Counted from the stretch's first letter, positions 28,909-39,400 are shown. The stretch is 64,000 bases of DNA from an uncultured Spirochaetota bacterium (GCA_963768055.1 CAVYGN010000001.1:1344001-1408000), one strand, 5' to 3'. Translations and numbers: made by a program. The notes: generated from the sequence alone by a model not told the origin.

Positions 28909-29295
28909 ATGAAAAAAGTAATGCTTTCAATCCTTTTTATCGCCTGTGTTCTTTTGGGTATTTTCGGCTTACTACTTTTCATTATTGGTATTACTCAGGG
29001 GGGCAATATTGCATCAATTTTAGTGGTATTTTTGCTTACAATCGGTTTCGTAATAGGGGCCATCTTTTCTTTCCGGGCCAGTGCTTTCTTTAAACCGAAA
29101 ACAGAAATAAAAGCACAAAGTGTTTCTGAAAATCAAGCAGATTCTTTGGAAAAACTTGAGGCTCAAAAAAAAGCTCAGGCAGAAGAAAAAGAAAAACTTG
29201 AAGCTGAAAAGGCGGCAAAAAAACAAGCCAGTAAAGAAAAATGGGCAACTATGAGGTCTACTTTTATAGAAATAATGATTTTGTATATGGCTTAA
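28909..29295 (+). CDS. Membrane protein (2 TM + charged coiled coil)
   Basis: Two hydrophobic helices, then an E/K/A-rich tail; RBS GGGGG. Confidence 0.6.
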   Translation: MKKVMLSILFIACVLLGIFGLLLFIIGITQGGNIASILVVFLLTIGFVIGAIFSFRASAFFKPKTEIKAQSVSENQADSLEKLEAQKKAQAEEKEKLEAEKAAKKQASKEKWATMRSTFIEIMILYMA

Positions 29296-29501
29296 GACAT
29301 GCAGAAATGATTTGTCCTCATTGTCAAACTAAGGGTCAAGTTTTTACAAAGTCAGTAAAACGGAAAAAGGGTGTTAGCGGTGGAAAAGCTGTGGGGGCAA
29401 TCTTAACAGGTGGGTTATCTATATTAGCAACTGGATTATCTCGTAAGGAAGGATTAACTCAAGCTCATTGCAAGAATTGTCAAGCGACTTGGGATTTTTA
29501 A
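29241..29501 (+). CDS. Zn-ribbon / glycine-rich membrane hypothetical protein (possibly the frameshifted C-terminus of the previous ORF)
   Basis: CPHC...HCKNC flanking GGKAVGAILTGGLSILATG. Confidence 0.55.
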   Translation: MGNYEVYFYRNNDFVYGLRHAEMICPHCQTKGQVFTKSVKRKKGVSGGKAVGAILTGGLSILATGLSRKEGLTQAHCKNCQATWDF

Positions 29502-29529
29502 ATATTAAAAGAAAGCCTTAATTAAGGCG

Positions 29530-30087
29530 GTGATTATGCAAAAATTATTTTTTCCTTTACTGATAATTATATCTTTTATTTTTAATTCATTCCTTAATGC
29601 TGTAGAATTGCCAAATGATCTAAAGGTTTCCCATACTGTAGATTCAACCGGGACAATTGAAATAGCCTTTTCCCCAAAGGGCGGTATTACTCAAATGATA
29701 GTAAAGGAATTAGAATCCGCGACAAATAGCATTGAAGTCCAGGCTTATACATTTACCAGCGCCCCTATTGCTAAAGCACTTATTGACGCTCAAAAACGCG
29801 GTGTTAATGTCCGCGTCATTTTGGATAAATCACAGGAAAGAGAAAAGTTTTCCCCGGTTACTCTGCTAACTAATGCCGGAATAAAGGTTCATATAGACAG
29901 GGATTTTTCAATAGCACATAGCAAGATTATGATTATCGATGATTTGAACTTTATAACAGGATCGTTTAACTTTTCAAAAGCCGCCGAATATTCTAATGCT
30001 GAAAATTGCCTGATTATCCGGGGAAATAAAAAGCTTGTTGATCTTTATAAAATAAATTGGAATTGGCGCTGGAATAATACGCGATAG
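29530..30087 (+). CDS. Secreted phospholipase D-family nuclease (Nuc-like, single HKD)
   Basis: Signal peptide; FSPKGG, QAYTFTS, HSKIMIID..ITGSFNFS and NAEN. Confidence 0.85.
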   Translation: MIMQKLFFPLLIIISFIFNSFLNAVELPNDLKVSHTVDSTGTIEIAFSPKGGITQMIVKELESATNSIEVQAYTFTSAPIAKALIDAQKRGVNVRVILDKSQEREKFSPVTLLTNAGIKVHIDRDFSIAHSKIMIIDDLNFITGSFNFSKAAEYSNAENCLIIRGNKKLVDLYKINWNWRWNNTR

Positions 30088-30638
30088 CGAAATTAATTTA
30101 AGAGAGAAAATAAACCTTATCTTAAAACGGAGGTAAATTATGAAAGCAAGTTTTGTTGTTATGCTTTTTAGAATTTTGTTTGCAATTGGCTTTATGGCTC
30201 TTTCTGTTAGTTGTGGATCATCTGGTAATATTACACAAGCAAAAACAAAATGGGAACGGGAAGGATTGAAAGGAAAAGTTAAAGAATATACTATTGTTTC
30301 TTATAATGTTGAACAAAAGTATGGAGAAGATGTTAAAAAGTTATCTGATAAATGGGTATCTAAATACGATGACAATGGAAATCTCCTTGAACAGTTAACG
30401 TATGATGAAAATGGGACTTTATCAGATAAATCTATATATCAATATAAGTATGACGTAAACAGTAATCAGATTGAACAAGACATGTATAATGCTACCAGGG
30501 TATTAATAGAGAAAGTAAATTATGATACCAAAGGAAATGCCATTAAAGAAATTTTTAATGATGGTAGCGGCTCTACATCTACTTATGATGATAATGGAAA
30601 TAAGATTGCAGAAGTTAGTTATGATACCAATGGAAATG

Positions 30639-32234
30639 CCCCGTGTGTTAGGATAGTTGTCGCCTAAAATATTAGGAGACAAAAAATGAATAGTCAAATT
30701 CGTTCAGAGGAATTCAGGAAATCTATCGTTCAAAAGATGTGTATGCCAGGAGGAAAAACAGTATCTGAACTGAGCCAGGAAATAGGAGTATGTGAACAAA
30801 CCCTTTACAACTGGAGGAAAATGATCCAGAATAATGTATCCAGAGGATTCCAGGATAGAAGCCCGAGAGGCTGGAAATTATCTGATAAATATCAGGCGGT
30901 AGTAGACGCAGCAAGCCAATCGGGAGAAGAGTTAGGACAGTGGTCGAGAAAAAATGGTCTCCAGTCGACTCATATCGAACTCTGGAAACAGGAGTGTTTA
31001 TCAGTGATATCTAATAACTCATACAGAGAAGAAAACAAGGGTTTGAAAGCAAAAATCATAGAGTTAGAAAAAGAAATTAACCGTAAGGATAAAACTATAG
31101 CCGAGGTTACTTCTCTGCTGGTGCTTAAAAAAAAACTGAACAAGCTGTTCGGGATCGAGGAAGATTAACTCCATTGGATATACGCATAGATATCTGTGCC
31201 TTGATTAATGAGGCTGTTACGACAGGGGCCAGCAGGGATAAGGCTTGTGAAGAATCTGGCTATGATATAAGGACCATACAGCGCTGGAATAAAAATCTTG
31301 AGGGAGACAGAAGAAAATTGAGAAATGTAATGCCTTCAAATGCCCTGTCGGCCGAAGAAAGGGAGGAGATCATCTCCTGCTGTTGCAGCGAGAGATTTAG
31401 AGATATGACGCCGAATGAAATAGTGCCCATGCTGGCAGAGGAAGGTCGGTATATAGCATCAGAATCATCTTTTTACCGCGTTTTAAAGGACAATGATTTG
31501 CTGCACCATAGATACGAAACGAAGCCGAAAACGGCAAGGAAAACGCCAAGAGAACTGGAAGCGACGGGTCCTAATCAGGTATGGAGTTGGGATATTACAT
31601 ATATATCCAGTCATATAAAAGGTAAGTATTTCTACCTCTATATGATCGAAGATGTCTGGAGCCGTAAGATAGTCGGCTGGAAAATGCACGAGGAGGAAAG
31701 CTCTGATCATGCCGCAAGAATGGTGGCAGAGATCGGAGAAACCATTGATTTGAAAGGCTTGTATTTACATTCTGATAATGGTTCTCCTATGAAAGGGGCT
31801 ACGATGTTAGCGACCTTGCAGAGGTTACAGGTTATGCCGTCGTTTTCAAGGCCGAGTGTAAGTAACGATAACCCTTACTCAGAATCATTGTTTAAAACAT
31901 TGAAATATAATGTGAAATACCCAGGCAATTTCGAGACAATGGAATCGGTAGAAATATGGATGCAAAATTTTGTAGACTGGTATAATAATAAACATCTTCA
32001 TTCAGGGATCGGATATGTCACACCAGCACAGAGACATGAAGGTAAAGATAAGGCGATACTCCTGAAGAGAGCGGAAACTTATGCGGCTGCAAAAAGCAGA
32101 CATCCTGAAAGATGGTCAGGAGAATCTAAAAAATGGGAACGGATAGAATCGGTATTTTTAAACCCGAGTAAGACTAACAAGGAATCGTTGGTTGCGGCGT
32201 AAAATAAAAGCGACAACTCCCTTGACAAAAACCG
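30639..32234 (+). mobile_element. IS3-family insertion sequence, copy 1 (1596 bp)
   Basis: Imperfect TIRs sharing AGTTGTCGC; 5-bp target duplication AAATG; orfA/orfB. Confidence 0.92.
30686..32202 (+). CDS. IS3 transposase OrfA/OrfB (probable -1 frameshift at A9, 31127-31135)
   Basis: OrfA HTH; OrfB DDE motifs WSWDITY, HSDNG and SESLFKTLK; TTA AAA AAA AAA slippery run; the -1 frame is open into OrfB. Confidence 0.9.
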
Positions 32235-32871
32235 AAATGTAGCAAATAGTAACACATATAAATATGACGATAAAGGAACAGAAATCGAAAACTCCGCCTA
32301 TTCTGCAAATGGCGAATTGTCTTATAAAATAAAATATGAACCCACTTATGATGACAAGGAAAATGTGATTGAGCGTGACGATTATAATGCAGATGGCAGT
32401 TTAGCGAATAAAACAAAATTTAAATACGATGATAATGGCAATGCAATTGAGGCAGCTACTTATGAAGCCGATAAGATGAAATATTTTACGAAATATAATT
32501 ACACTTATTATAAATGAGCTTTTTTGAGATATAAAACTCTTGAAATGGTTAATATACGGCCTTAAAATAAAATGGGTTAATGATTAAATATAGACAAGGC
32601 ATTAAAACCGGCCTGTAATTGACCCGCCTGGAGCTGTCCAGCGGGATCGCGCATGCTTAAAAAATTCTCCCTTTTATAGACTCCAAAAACTCCGTTAATA
32701 CCCCGAATGTTTTATGTTACTTTTAGCAAGGTTTCTGGAGTTTTGCAAGAGGTTTAGAAAGGTTTTACTATGGTTTTCCACAGTTTATTTGAGCTTTAAT
32801 GAGCTTTTTCAAAGTTTATTAATGCTTTCCCCCTGCTTTGTGTTTGCTTTTCTCTTTTTTGTTTATAAGAT

Positions 32872-33330
32872 TTATGAGCCTTCCGGCGTTTTCCCGGCCA
32901 TTATTCTAAAATTATTAATACCCGTTAATATTTCCCTTGTTCTTTTTTCAGCTTCCCCATCCCCTTTTATTTTTTCCTCAAAAAAGTCCCAAAACTCTTT
33001 TTCTAAGTCTTCTTTTGACATATCAGAATATTTATTTTTATTTTCAATGGTTATACTTTCCGGGGCGCGTCCTAACAGCCTATCAGTAATAACAGAAATT
33101 TGACCTTTTTGCATTACATCAATTAATGACTTTTCCAGTAGTAAAGTTTCCGGGTCAATTTTCATTGATTCCGCTTGTTTAATTGTCAGGCCAATTACTT
33201 TATTAAAGGCTTCGATTATTTCAGATGTTTCAAATTCTTTAACAGCCCTGAGTGTCTTTGACAGACGGGGCCGTCCGGCTTTATTTATATCCTGGGGGCG
33301 CTTATCAAGTCCATTTGTCGGTTTTCTCAT
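32872..33330 (-). CDS. TerS-like / DUF5681-like phage protein, paralogue 2
   Basis: INKAGRP near the N-terminus and DRLLGRAPE; aligns with the upstream paralogue. Confidence 0.5.
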   Translation of the reverse strand: MRKPTNGLDKRPQDINKAGRPRLSKTLRAVKEFETSEIIEAFNKVIGLTIKQAESMKIDPETLLLEKSLIDVMQKGQISVITDRLLGRAPESITIENKNKYSDMSKEDLEKEFWDFFEEKIKGDGEAEKRTREILTGINNFRIMAGKTPEGS

Positions 33331-33378
33331 AGTTTTTTACCTCTTAAATCTTTGTTTTTTCTTTGTAAAAACAATGAA

Positions 33379-33771
33379 TTAAAATCTTTTGACTGTTATT
33401 TTCTGGAGACATTCATAATAGATTTTCTTTATTTCTTCTTCACTCATTCCTGTAGTGTCAATTATTTCAACATCGTCAGCAGTATTTAAATTGACCGTTT
33501 CCGGGCATTTGCCTAAAATCCTATCAATGACCGGCTCAAATCTTCCGATTAACATATTTTTTATTATTGCATATTCAACTAAGGTACAGGAAGAATTTTC
33601 GATCCATTCTTTAGCCTCGAAAACTTTCATTGATACTATTTTTGAAAATGTCAGTAATATTTCTTGTGTTGAATATTCCTTTATTGCCTTAATTTCTTTT
33701 GAGAGCGGTGGTCTGCCTTTTCTATTAATGTTTTCTGGCCTGTTTTGAAATTGTCCATTTTCTTTACTCAT
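33379..33771 (-). CDS. TerS-like / DUF5681-like phage protein, paralogue 1
   Basis: GQF..RPENINRKGRP and DRILGKCPE. Confidence 0.5.
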   Translation of the reverse strand: MSKENGQFQNRPENINRKGRPPLSKEIKAIKEYSTQEILLTFSKIVSMKVFEAKEWIENSSCTLVEYAIIKNMLIGRFEPVIDRILGKCPETVNLNTADDVEIIDTTGMSEEEIKKIYYECLQKITVKRF

Positions 33772-33820
33772 ATTAAATTACCTTAATTTTATATTCAAAA
33801 AGTCCTGTTTTTGTCCAGTT

Positions 33821-34729
33821 CTAAAGGTTGTTGCAAACTGATTGATTAACTTTATCATTAAGCTCATGAATGATTTCCGATGCTTCTGTAAAATTATCAT
33901 TATTCGATAGTGATAATATTTTCTGCCTCAGTTTGTAAATATATTGTCTTGAATATTGTTTTCTATAGGGTTCAATCATTTTATTAACTTCCTGAAAACC
34001 TCCTATTGATTGAATACCAATCAATGCCAATTGATTAATAAAATTTTTTATATCTTCCATAGCTACCTCCGGGTTAATTATAATCCTTTTAATTTTTGGA
34101 ATCCGATTATAATAATCTTTCCAAAGATTAATTGCTCTGTTAAAAAAAGATTCTGAATAAAGATTTTCGGCTTTTACTTCGGGCATTTGCATAGCTTTTT
34201 TTACTCTCCCGTGTAACTGTAACTCATATCTTAAAAGATTATGACCTTGATATTTTTCTGGAATACCTTGATTTTTGTCTATCATTTCAGCGGTTTTATC
34301 ATATAGCTTTATGCCTTTATTTTTTTGAGTATAATACTTTGATTGATTCATTACAGTTGTCGTTTTAAAATAACTCATATTATCACTTAAAAAATATAGA
34401 TACTTGCTTACAGGATAATCCATAATAAATGTTTTTGCTGTTTCAAAGCCATAAACATGAAATTTCTTAACTTCGATTGATAGTTCATCACTTATTTTTT
34501 CGATAGCTCTTTGTGTGTCCTGCCGGGTAAATGGTTCAATATTATTGCCATGCAGATGTTTTGCTAAACTTCCGTTAATAGAAATTTTATAAGCATCTTG
34601 CCATACTTTCAAATTTCCGATATTACCTTTAAAAAATGGAAATCCGGCTTCATTAAATGTTTGTGTTAGTTCTGATAATCTATTTTGAACCGGTTCATTA
34701 GTGTACAATCTCATAAAGACTGAATCATA
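33821..34729 (-). CDS. Phage/plasmid replication protein, gene II/X-like (rolling-circle type)
   Basis: MYDSV start after GAGG; SINGSLAKHLHGNN, IKLYDKTAE and NLLRYELQ. Confidence 0.7.
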   Translation of the reverse strand, partial: YDSVFMRLYTNEPVQNRLSELTQTFNEAGFPFFKGNIGNLKVWQDAYKISINGSLAKHLHGNNIEPFTRQDTQRAIEKISDELSIEVKKFHVYGFETAKTFIMDYPVSKYLYFLSDNMSYFKTTTVMNQSKYYTQKNKGIKLYDKTAEMIDKNQGIPEKYQGHNLLRYELQLHGRVKKAMQMPEVKAENLYSESFFNRAINLWKDYYNRIPKIKRIIINPEVAMEDIKNFINQLALIGIQSIGGFQEVNKMIEPYRKQYSRQYIYKLRQKILSLSNNDNFTEASEIIHELNDKVNQSVCNNL

Positions 34730-34778
34730 CATTTTAACCTCTAAAATGTAACCAAAAACAGTTACAAGATACACTTTA

Positions 34779-35222
34779 TTAATTAAGCATTTTAATCTTT
34801 ATAGCCGTCCGTTTTAAATCCCGAATTTCATTTTCAAATTCACCGTCAATAAAAAGATTAAACAAGGCTATAACATTTTTCTTTTTCCCTTTGGCAATGA
34901 AAAGCTCAATTTCGTTTTCTTGAATAATCATAAGCAGTGCGTCCATTGTATCCCGGCAATCGCCATAACCAAAATCAGGCTTATTTAAATTAGGGATGTA
35001 AATGCTTGAAATATTATTTCCGGCCTGAGTTATTGTTTTATCTGATTTTCTGAGCTTTTCTTTTACACAATAAGAATCGTTTAAGTAGATAACAATATCA
35101 GGCGATCTCTTTAGGGGTTTATGTAAAGGTTCATATTCATTACAATATTCGATTAAATCAAGCCTTGTTTTGCTTTCAATTCCCGGTAGTTTTTTAAAGT
35201 GGTAATATGAATCTAAAATCAT
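34779..35222 (-). CDS. Hypothetical protein of the integrative element
   Basis: 147-aa ORF overlapping the xis stop (ATGA); FGYGD..TMDALL motif. Confidence 0.6.
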   Translation of the reverse strand: MILDSYYHFKKLPGIESKTRLDLIEYCNEYEPLHKPLKRSPDIVIYLNDSYCVKEKLRKSDKTITQAGNNISSIYIPNLNKPDFGYGDCRDTMDALLMIIQENEIELFIAKGKKKNVIALFNLFIDGEFENEIRDLKRTAIKIKMLN

Positions 35223-35509
35223 AAAACAGCCTCATTTTTGGTAATGTGGTCAATTGCTTTCTCGTTAATATTTTGGTTTGATTCTATCCGATTCCTTAAT
35301 AGCCAGGTGTCTAAGTCCTGTTTAGTAAAATAAATCATTTTACCGTTTGGTTTGTAGTGGGGTATATCACCTTTAAATGTAAGTTTATACATATAGCTTT
35401 TACTTAATCCGGTGTATTGACAGGCTTCGAGGAAAGTTAAAGGTTTCTCTTTTTGGTCTTTAAGAATATTTTCGATCCGGGTAAGTTGGTCTTGAATTTG
35501 TTTTTCCAT
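35219..35509 (-). CDS. Excisionase / HTH_17 DNA-binding protein
   Basis: LTFLEACQYTGLSKSYMYKLT..IPHYKPNGKMIYF...LDTWL. Confidence 0.85.
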   Translation of the reverse strand: MEKQIQDQLTRIENILKDQKEKPLTFLEACQYTGLSKSYMYKLTFKGDIPHYKPNGKMIYFTKQDLDTWLLRNRIESNQNINEKAIDHITKNEAVL

Positions 35510-36348
35510 TTTACATTTCTCCAATGAACAAATTTAAATAGATAATAAAGTCTATTCATTGGATATATTGTAAAAAATAAATTAGGTTTTGTAATACGTT
35601 ATGAAGTCGTTAATTAGTCGTTATTTTCAACTGAAAATTCATCAACTTCTTGAATCATATCATTTATGGGTTTAAAAGAAGGGTCTTTTCGTATTTCTTT
35701 TGTCGTGAAAGTTTTACCTGTAGAATCGTTTCTGTCAACTGTAAGCTTTGATCGTATTCTTGACATTATCGAAGTAAGATCATTTATTTCATATTCTTTG
35801 TTTTTATCTCTATCATAAAAAACTTTTACAATAAAAGAGCATATATGTTTTAAATCACTTTCTTCTATTTTCCCCATTTCTTTTAATCTAATAAACATAA
35901 ACAAAAGTTGATCTATTTTTCCATACCAATTGAGCTTTCTTATTTTTTCCGGAATATCAGTTTCTTGATCTATATTATTGTATGGATTAACACTTTTTTG
36001 ACTGTTCAATAAAGCATTAATTCTTTCTATTTCAATTTCAGTTCTGTTAATCGAGTTCTGAAAATACGTTAATTCCAATTTAATGCTTTCGAGAGTTTCT
36101 TGGGGCACATCCCAAAGTAATAGTAATTCGTTGTCTGTTTTAGCATGTTTAAGCATAGGTAAAATTTCTTTGAAAAATATCAATTTATCTTCATTTTTAG
36201 TGAATAATTTATCAGACATTTTTTTTAGTTTATCAAAATCATTTGTTAATCGGATATGTTCTAATTTTTCGACTTGATCTCCAAAATATTCTAACATCGT
36301 GCCTTGATATTCAAAAGAGTTTAAATTTCCTAATGGTCTTTTGGCATT

Positions 36349-37944
36349 CCCCGTGTGTTAGGATAGTTGTCGCCTAAAATATTAGGAGACAAAAAATGAA
36401 TAGTCAAATTCGTTCAGAGGAATTCAGGAAATCTATCGTTCAAAAGATGTGTATGCCAGGAGGAAAAACAGTATCTGAACTGAGCCAGGAAATAGGAGTA
36501 TGTGAACAAACCCTTTACAACTGGAGGAAAATGATCCAGAATAATGTATCCAGAGGATTCCAGGATAGAAGCCCGAGAGGCTGGAAATTATCTGATAAAT
36601 ATCAGGCGGTAGTAGACGCAGCAAGCCAATCGGGAGAAGAGTTAGGACAGTGGTTGAGAAAAAATGGTCTCCAGTCGACTCATATCGAACTCTGGAAACA
36701 GGAGTGTTTATCAGTGATATCTAATAACTCATACAGAGAAGAAAACAAGGGTTTGAAAGCAAAAATCATAGAGTTAGAAAAAGAAATTAACCGTAAGGAT
36801 AAAACTATAGCCGAGGTTACTTCTCTGCTGGTGCTTAAAAAAAAACTGAACAAGCTGTTCGGGATCGAGGAAGATTAACTCCATTGGATATACGCATAGA
36901 TATCTGTGCCTTGATTAATGAGGCTGTTACGACAGGGGCCAGCAGGGATAAGGCTTGTGAAGAATCTGGCTATGATATAAGGACCATACAGCGCTGGAAT
37001 AAAAATCTTGAGGGAGACAGAAGAAAATTGAGAAATGTAATGCCTTCAAATGCCCTGTCGGCCGAAGAAAGGGAGGAGATCATCTCCTGCTGTTGCAGCG
37101 AGAGATTTAGAGATATGACGCCGAATGAAATAGTGCCCATGCTGGCAGAGGAAGGTCGGTATATAGCATCAGAATCATCTTTTTACCGCGTTTTAAAGGA
37201 CAATGATTTGCTGCACCATAGATACGAAACGAAGCCGAAAACGGCAAGGAAAACGCCAAGAGAACTGGAAGCGACGGGTCCTAATCAGGTATGGAGTTGG
37301 GATATTACATATATATCCAGTCATATAAAAGGTAAGTATTTCTACCTCTATATGATCGAAGATGTCTGGAGCCGTAAGATAGTCGGCTGGAAAATGCACG
37401 AGGAGGAAAGCTCTGATCATGCCGCAAGAATGGTGGCAGAGATCGGAGAAACCATTGATTTGAAAGGCTTGTATTTACATTCTGATAATGGTTCTCCTAT
37501 GAAAGGGGCTACGATGTTAGCGACCTTGCAGAGGTTACAGGTTATGCCGTCGTTTTCAAGGCCGAGTGTAAGTAACGATAACCCTTACTCAGAATCATTG
37601 TTTAAAACATTGAAATATAATGTGAAATACCCAGGCAATTTCGAGACAATGGAATCGGTAGAAATATGGATGCAAAATTTTGTAGACTGGTATAATAATA
37701 AACATCTTCATTCAGGGATCGGATATGTCACACCAGCACAGAGACATGAAGGTAAAGATAAGGCGATACTCCTGAAGAGAGCGGAAACTTATGCGGCTGC
37801 AAAAAGCAGACATCCTGAAAGATGGTCAGGAGAATCTAAAAAATGGGAACGGATAGAATCGGTATTTTTAAACCCGAGTAAGACTAACAAGGAATCGTTG
37901 GTTGCGGCGTAAAATAAAAGCGACAACTCCCTTGACAAAAACCG
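36349..37944 (+). mobile_element. IS3-family insertion sequence, copy 2 (1596 bp)
   Basis: Same ends as copy 1; 4-bp target duplication CATT; OrfA differs by S/L (30945 C vs 36655 T). Confidence 0.92.
36396..37912 (+). CDS. IS3 transposase OrfA/OrfB
   Basis: OrfB identical to copy 1 in the ORF track. Confidence 0.9.
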
Positions 37945-38117
37945 CATTGGGTATCATTTATGAAACCTCTTTTTGATCTTTGCTTTTTTATGTTTTTTCT
38001 TTTCCCTTTTTTGTTTTGGTCATTCTGGGCGGCTTTATCAATGTCCGATTAATAAATCACTATAAAGCGATATTCAAAAGCTCATAGCAGGGCAAAACGA
38101 CATTAAATTAACCTTTT

Positions 38118-39167
38118 TTAAGCCTGTTTTGTATCAAGTTCAATTTCTGGAATCAGGTTGACTGCCTCTCTCAATTTTTCATTAACGATCTTTGCATAAA
38201 TTTGAGTAGTTGAAAGGTCTCTATGCCCCAATAGTTTTGATACAGTATAAAGGTCAACTCCATTACTAAGGGCAACGGTAGCAAAACTATGACGGGCTGT
38301 GTGAAATGTTACCGCTTTTTCTATTCCGGCATTTTTAACCCATCTCTTTAATTGCTGTCTGATTGTTTCGGACTGTTTTAATTCAAAAATCTTGTCATCT
38401 TTATTTATGTGGACTATATTAGAATCCTTATTTTCCAGGATTTTCAAAGCCATATCTGAAAGGGGTAAATATTCAATTCGTTTAGTTTTTTTCTGCCTGA
38501 ATTGAATCTTATCACCCTGAATATCGGAGTAGGTTAAATTTCTTACATCGCTGATTCTAAGTCCGGTATAGCAGGAAAACAGGAAAGCCTTTTTTGTTTC
38601 CTGATCGATACAGTTTGCTTTTGCCATTTGTTGAATTTCATCAAGGGTTAAGTAACTCTTTTCAACTTCCGTCATTTTTATCCTGCCGATATATTTACAA
38701 GGATTTTCTGCAATGAGCTTTTCTTTGACCGCTTTATTCAGGGCATTGTTAATATAAATAAAATAGTTTCCGGCAGTGTTCTTCGATACCCTTGTCAATA
38801 AATAATTTTGAAACGATATAAGCCAGTTTTCATTAATGGCATTTATCTTGATACCGTTTGAAAAGGCTTTCAGATGATTTAAGACATTTTTCCAATGACA
38901 GCTTTTGCCCGTTATTTGTTGAAAGTAAGTAATAAAATTTGTCTTACTCTTAAAAGCCGGGATCATGCCATATTGATTATTATTAAGTTCAATTTCTCTT
39001 TTGGCTCTGATCGAATCGGCAAGCCTCATATTTTCTTTATTGACTTCTCTGTCTTTGTCCAGGTATAAATTTAGGAACTCATATTTTCTTTGGCCGTTAT
39101 AGTAAATATCAAGGTAAAGAGAAATTCTGTTATCATTGAGCTTTTTTTCTCGGAGTTTAACACTCAT
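38118..39167 (-). CDS. Tyrosine site-specific integrase (arm-binding + SAM-like + catalytic; Bacteroidota NBU/Tn4555-like N-terminus)
   Basis: SLYLDIYYNGQRKYEFL; TGLRISD, HTARHSFAT and LLGHRDLSTTQIYA. Confidence 0.92.
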   Translation of the reverse strand: MSVKLREKKLNDNRISLYLDIYYNGQRKYEFLNLYLDKDREVNKENMRLADSIRAKREIELNNNQYGMIPAFKSKTNFITYFQQITGKSCHWKNVLNHLKAFSNGIKINAINENWLISFQNYLLTRVSKNTAGNYFIYINNALNKAVKEKLIAENPCKYIGRIKMTEVEKSYLTLDEIQQMAKANCIDQETKKAFLFSCYTGLRISDVRNLTYSDIQGDKIQFRQKKTKRIEYLPLSDMALKILENKDSNIVHINKDDKIFELKQSETIRQQLKRWVKNAGIEKAVTFHTARHSFATVALSNGVDLYTVSKLLGHRDLSTTQIYAKIVNEKLREAVNLIPEIELDTKQA

Positions 39168-39282
39168 TTTATTACCTCGTTTTTGTTACTTTGTTTCTCG
39201 AATCTTGTAGTAACATTATAGTAACAAAATATGAGAAAATCAAGGAAAATATCAGAAAGAATAATATTGATTATTTCATTGT

Positions 39283-39400
39283 AATTATATGATATATATT
39301 GCTTTTGATTTCTTATTTTTTCTTGTGTTTTATGGCATGAAAAAATTGCCACAATGAATGCTAAGATTCCTGTAATAGCGGATATCATTTCCCAATTCAT
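39283..39400 (-). pseudogene. Probable 5' half of the gene split by the integrative element
   Basis: RBS GGAGG, then MNWEMISAITGILAFIVAIFSC...; the frame runs into the att core at 39271-39282. Confidence 0.5.

Larger units (their letters stand above)
30140..32517 (+). pseudogene. YD-repeat-like lipoprotein interrupted by an IS3-family element (258 aa when rejoined)
   Basis: Lipobox SVSC, GLKGKVK and YDxxGN repeats; joining 30140-30638 to 32240-32517 gives one open frame. Confidence 0.85.
35614..37957 (-). pseudogene. Hypothetical gene (C-terminus weakly RteC-like) with its RBS and first codons cut off by IS copy 2
   Basis: Removing the IS and one CATT gives AGAGG..ATG(37957) MIPNAKRPLGNLNSFEYQGTMLEYFG in frame with 35614-36297. 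Confidence 0.75.
28403..39282. mobile_element. Integrative element, phage-satellite/IME-like
   Basis: 12-bp direct repeat TTATTTCATTGT at 28403 and 39271; paired AGTAACA arm-type sites; integrase, Xis, Rep and TerS-like genes; visibly AT-rich. Confidence 0.8.

Noticed and set aside
30640..30667. C-terminus APCVRIVVA of ORF 30140-30667 and separate ORF 32317-32517
   Set aside because: Artefacts of the IS insertion. Both belong to one interrupted gene.
32222..32255. Hybrid promoter from the outward TTGACA in the IS right end
   Set aside because: No convincing -10 at 16-18 bp spacing at either insertion site.
28403..39282. Complete prophage or conjugative ICE
   Set aside because: No capsid, portal, large terminase, tail, lysis, T4SS or coupling-protein genes.
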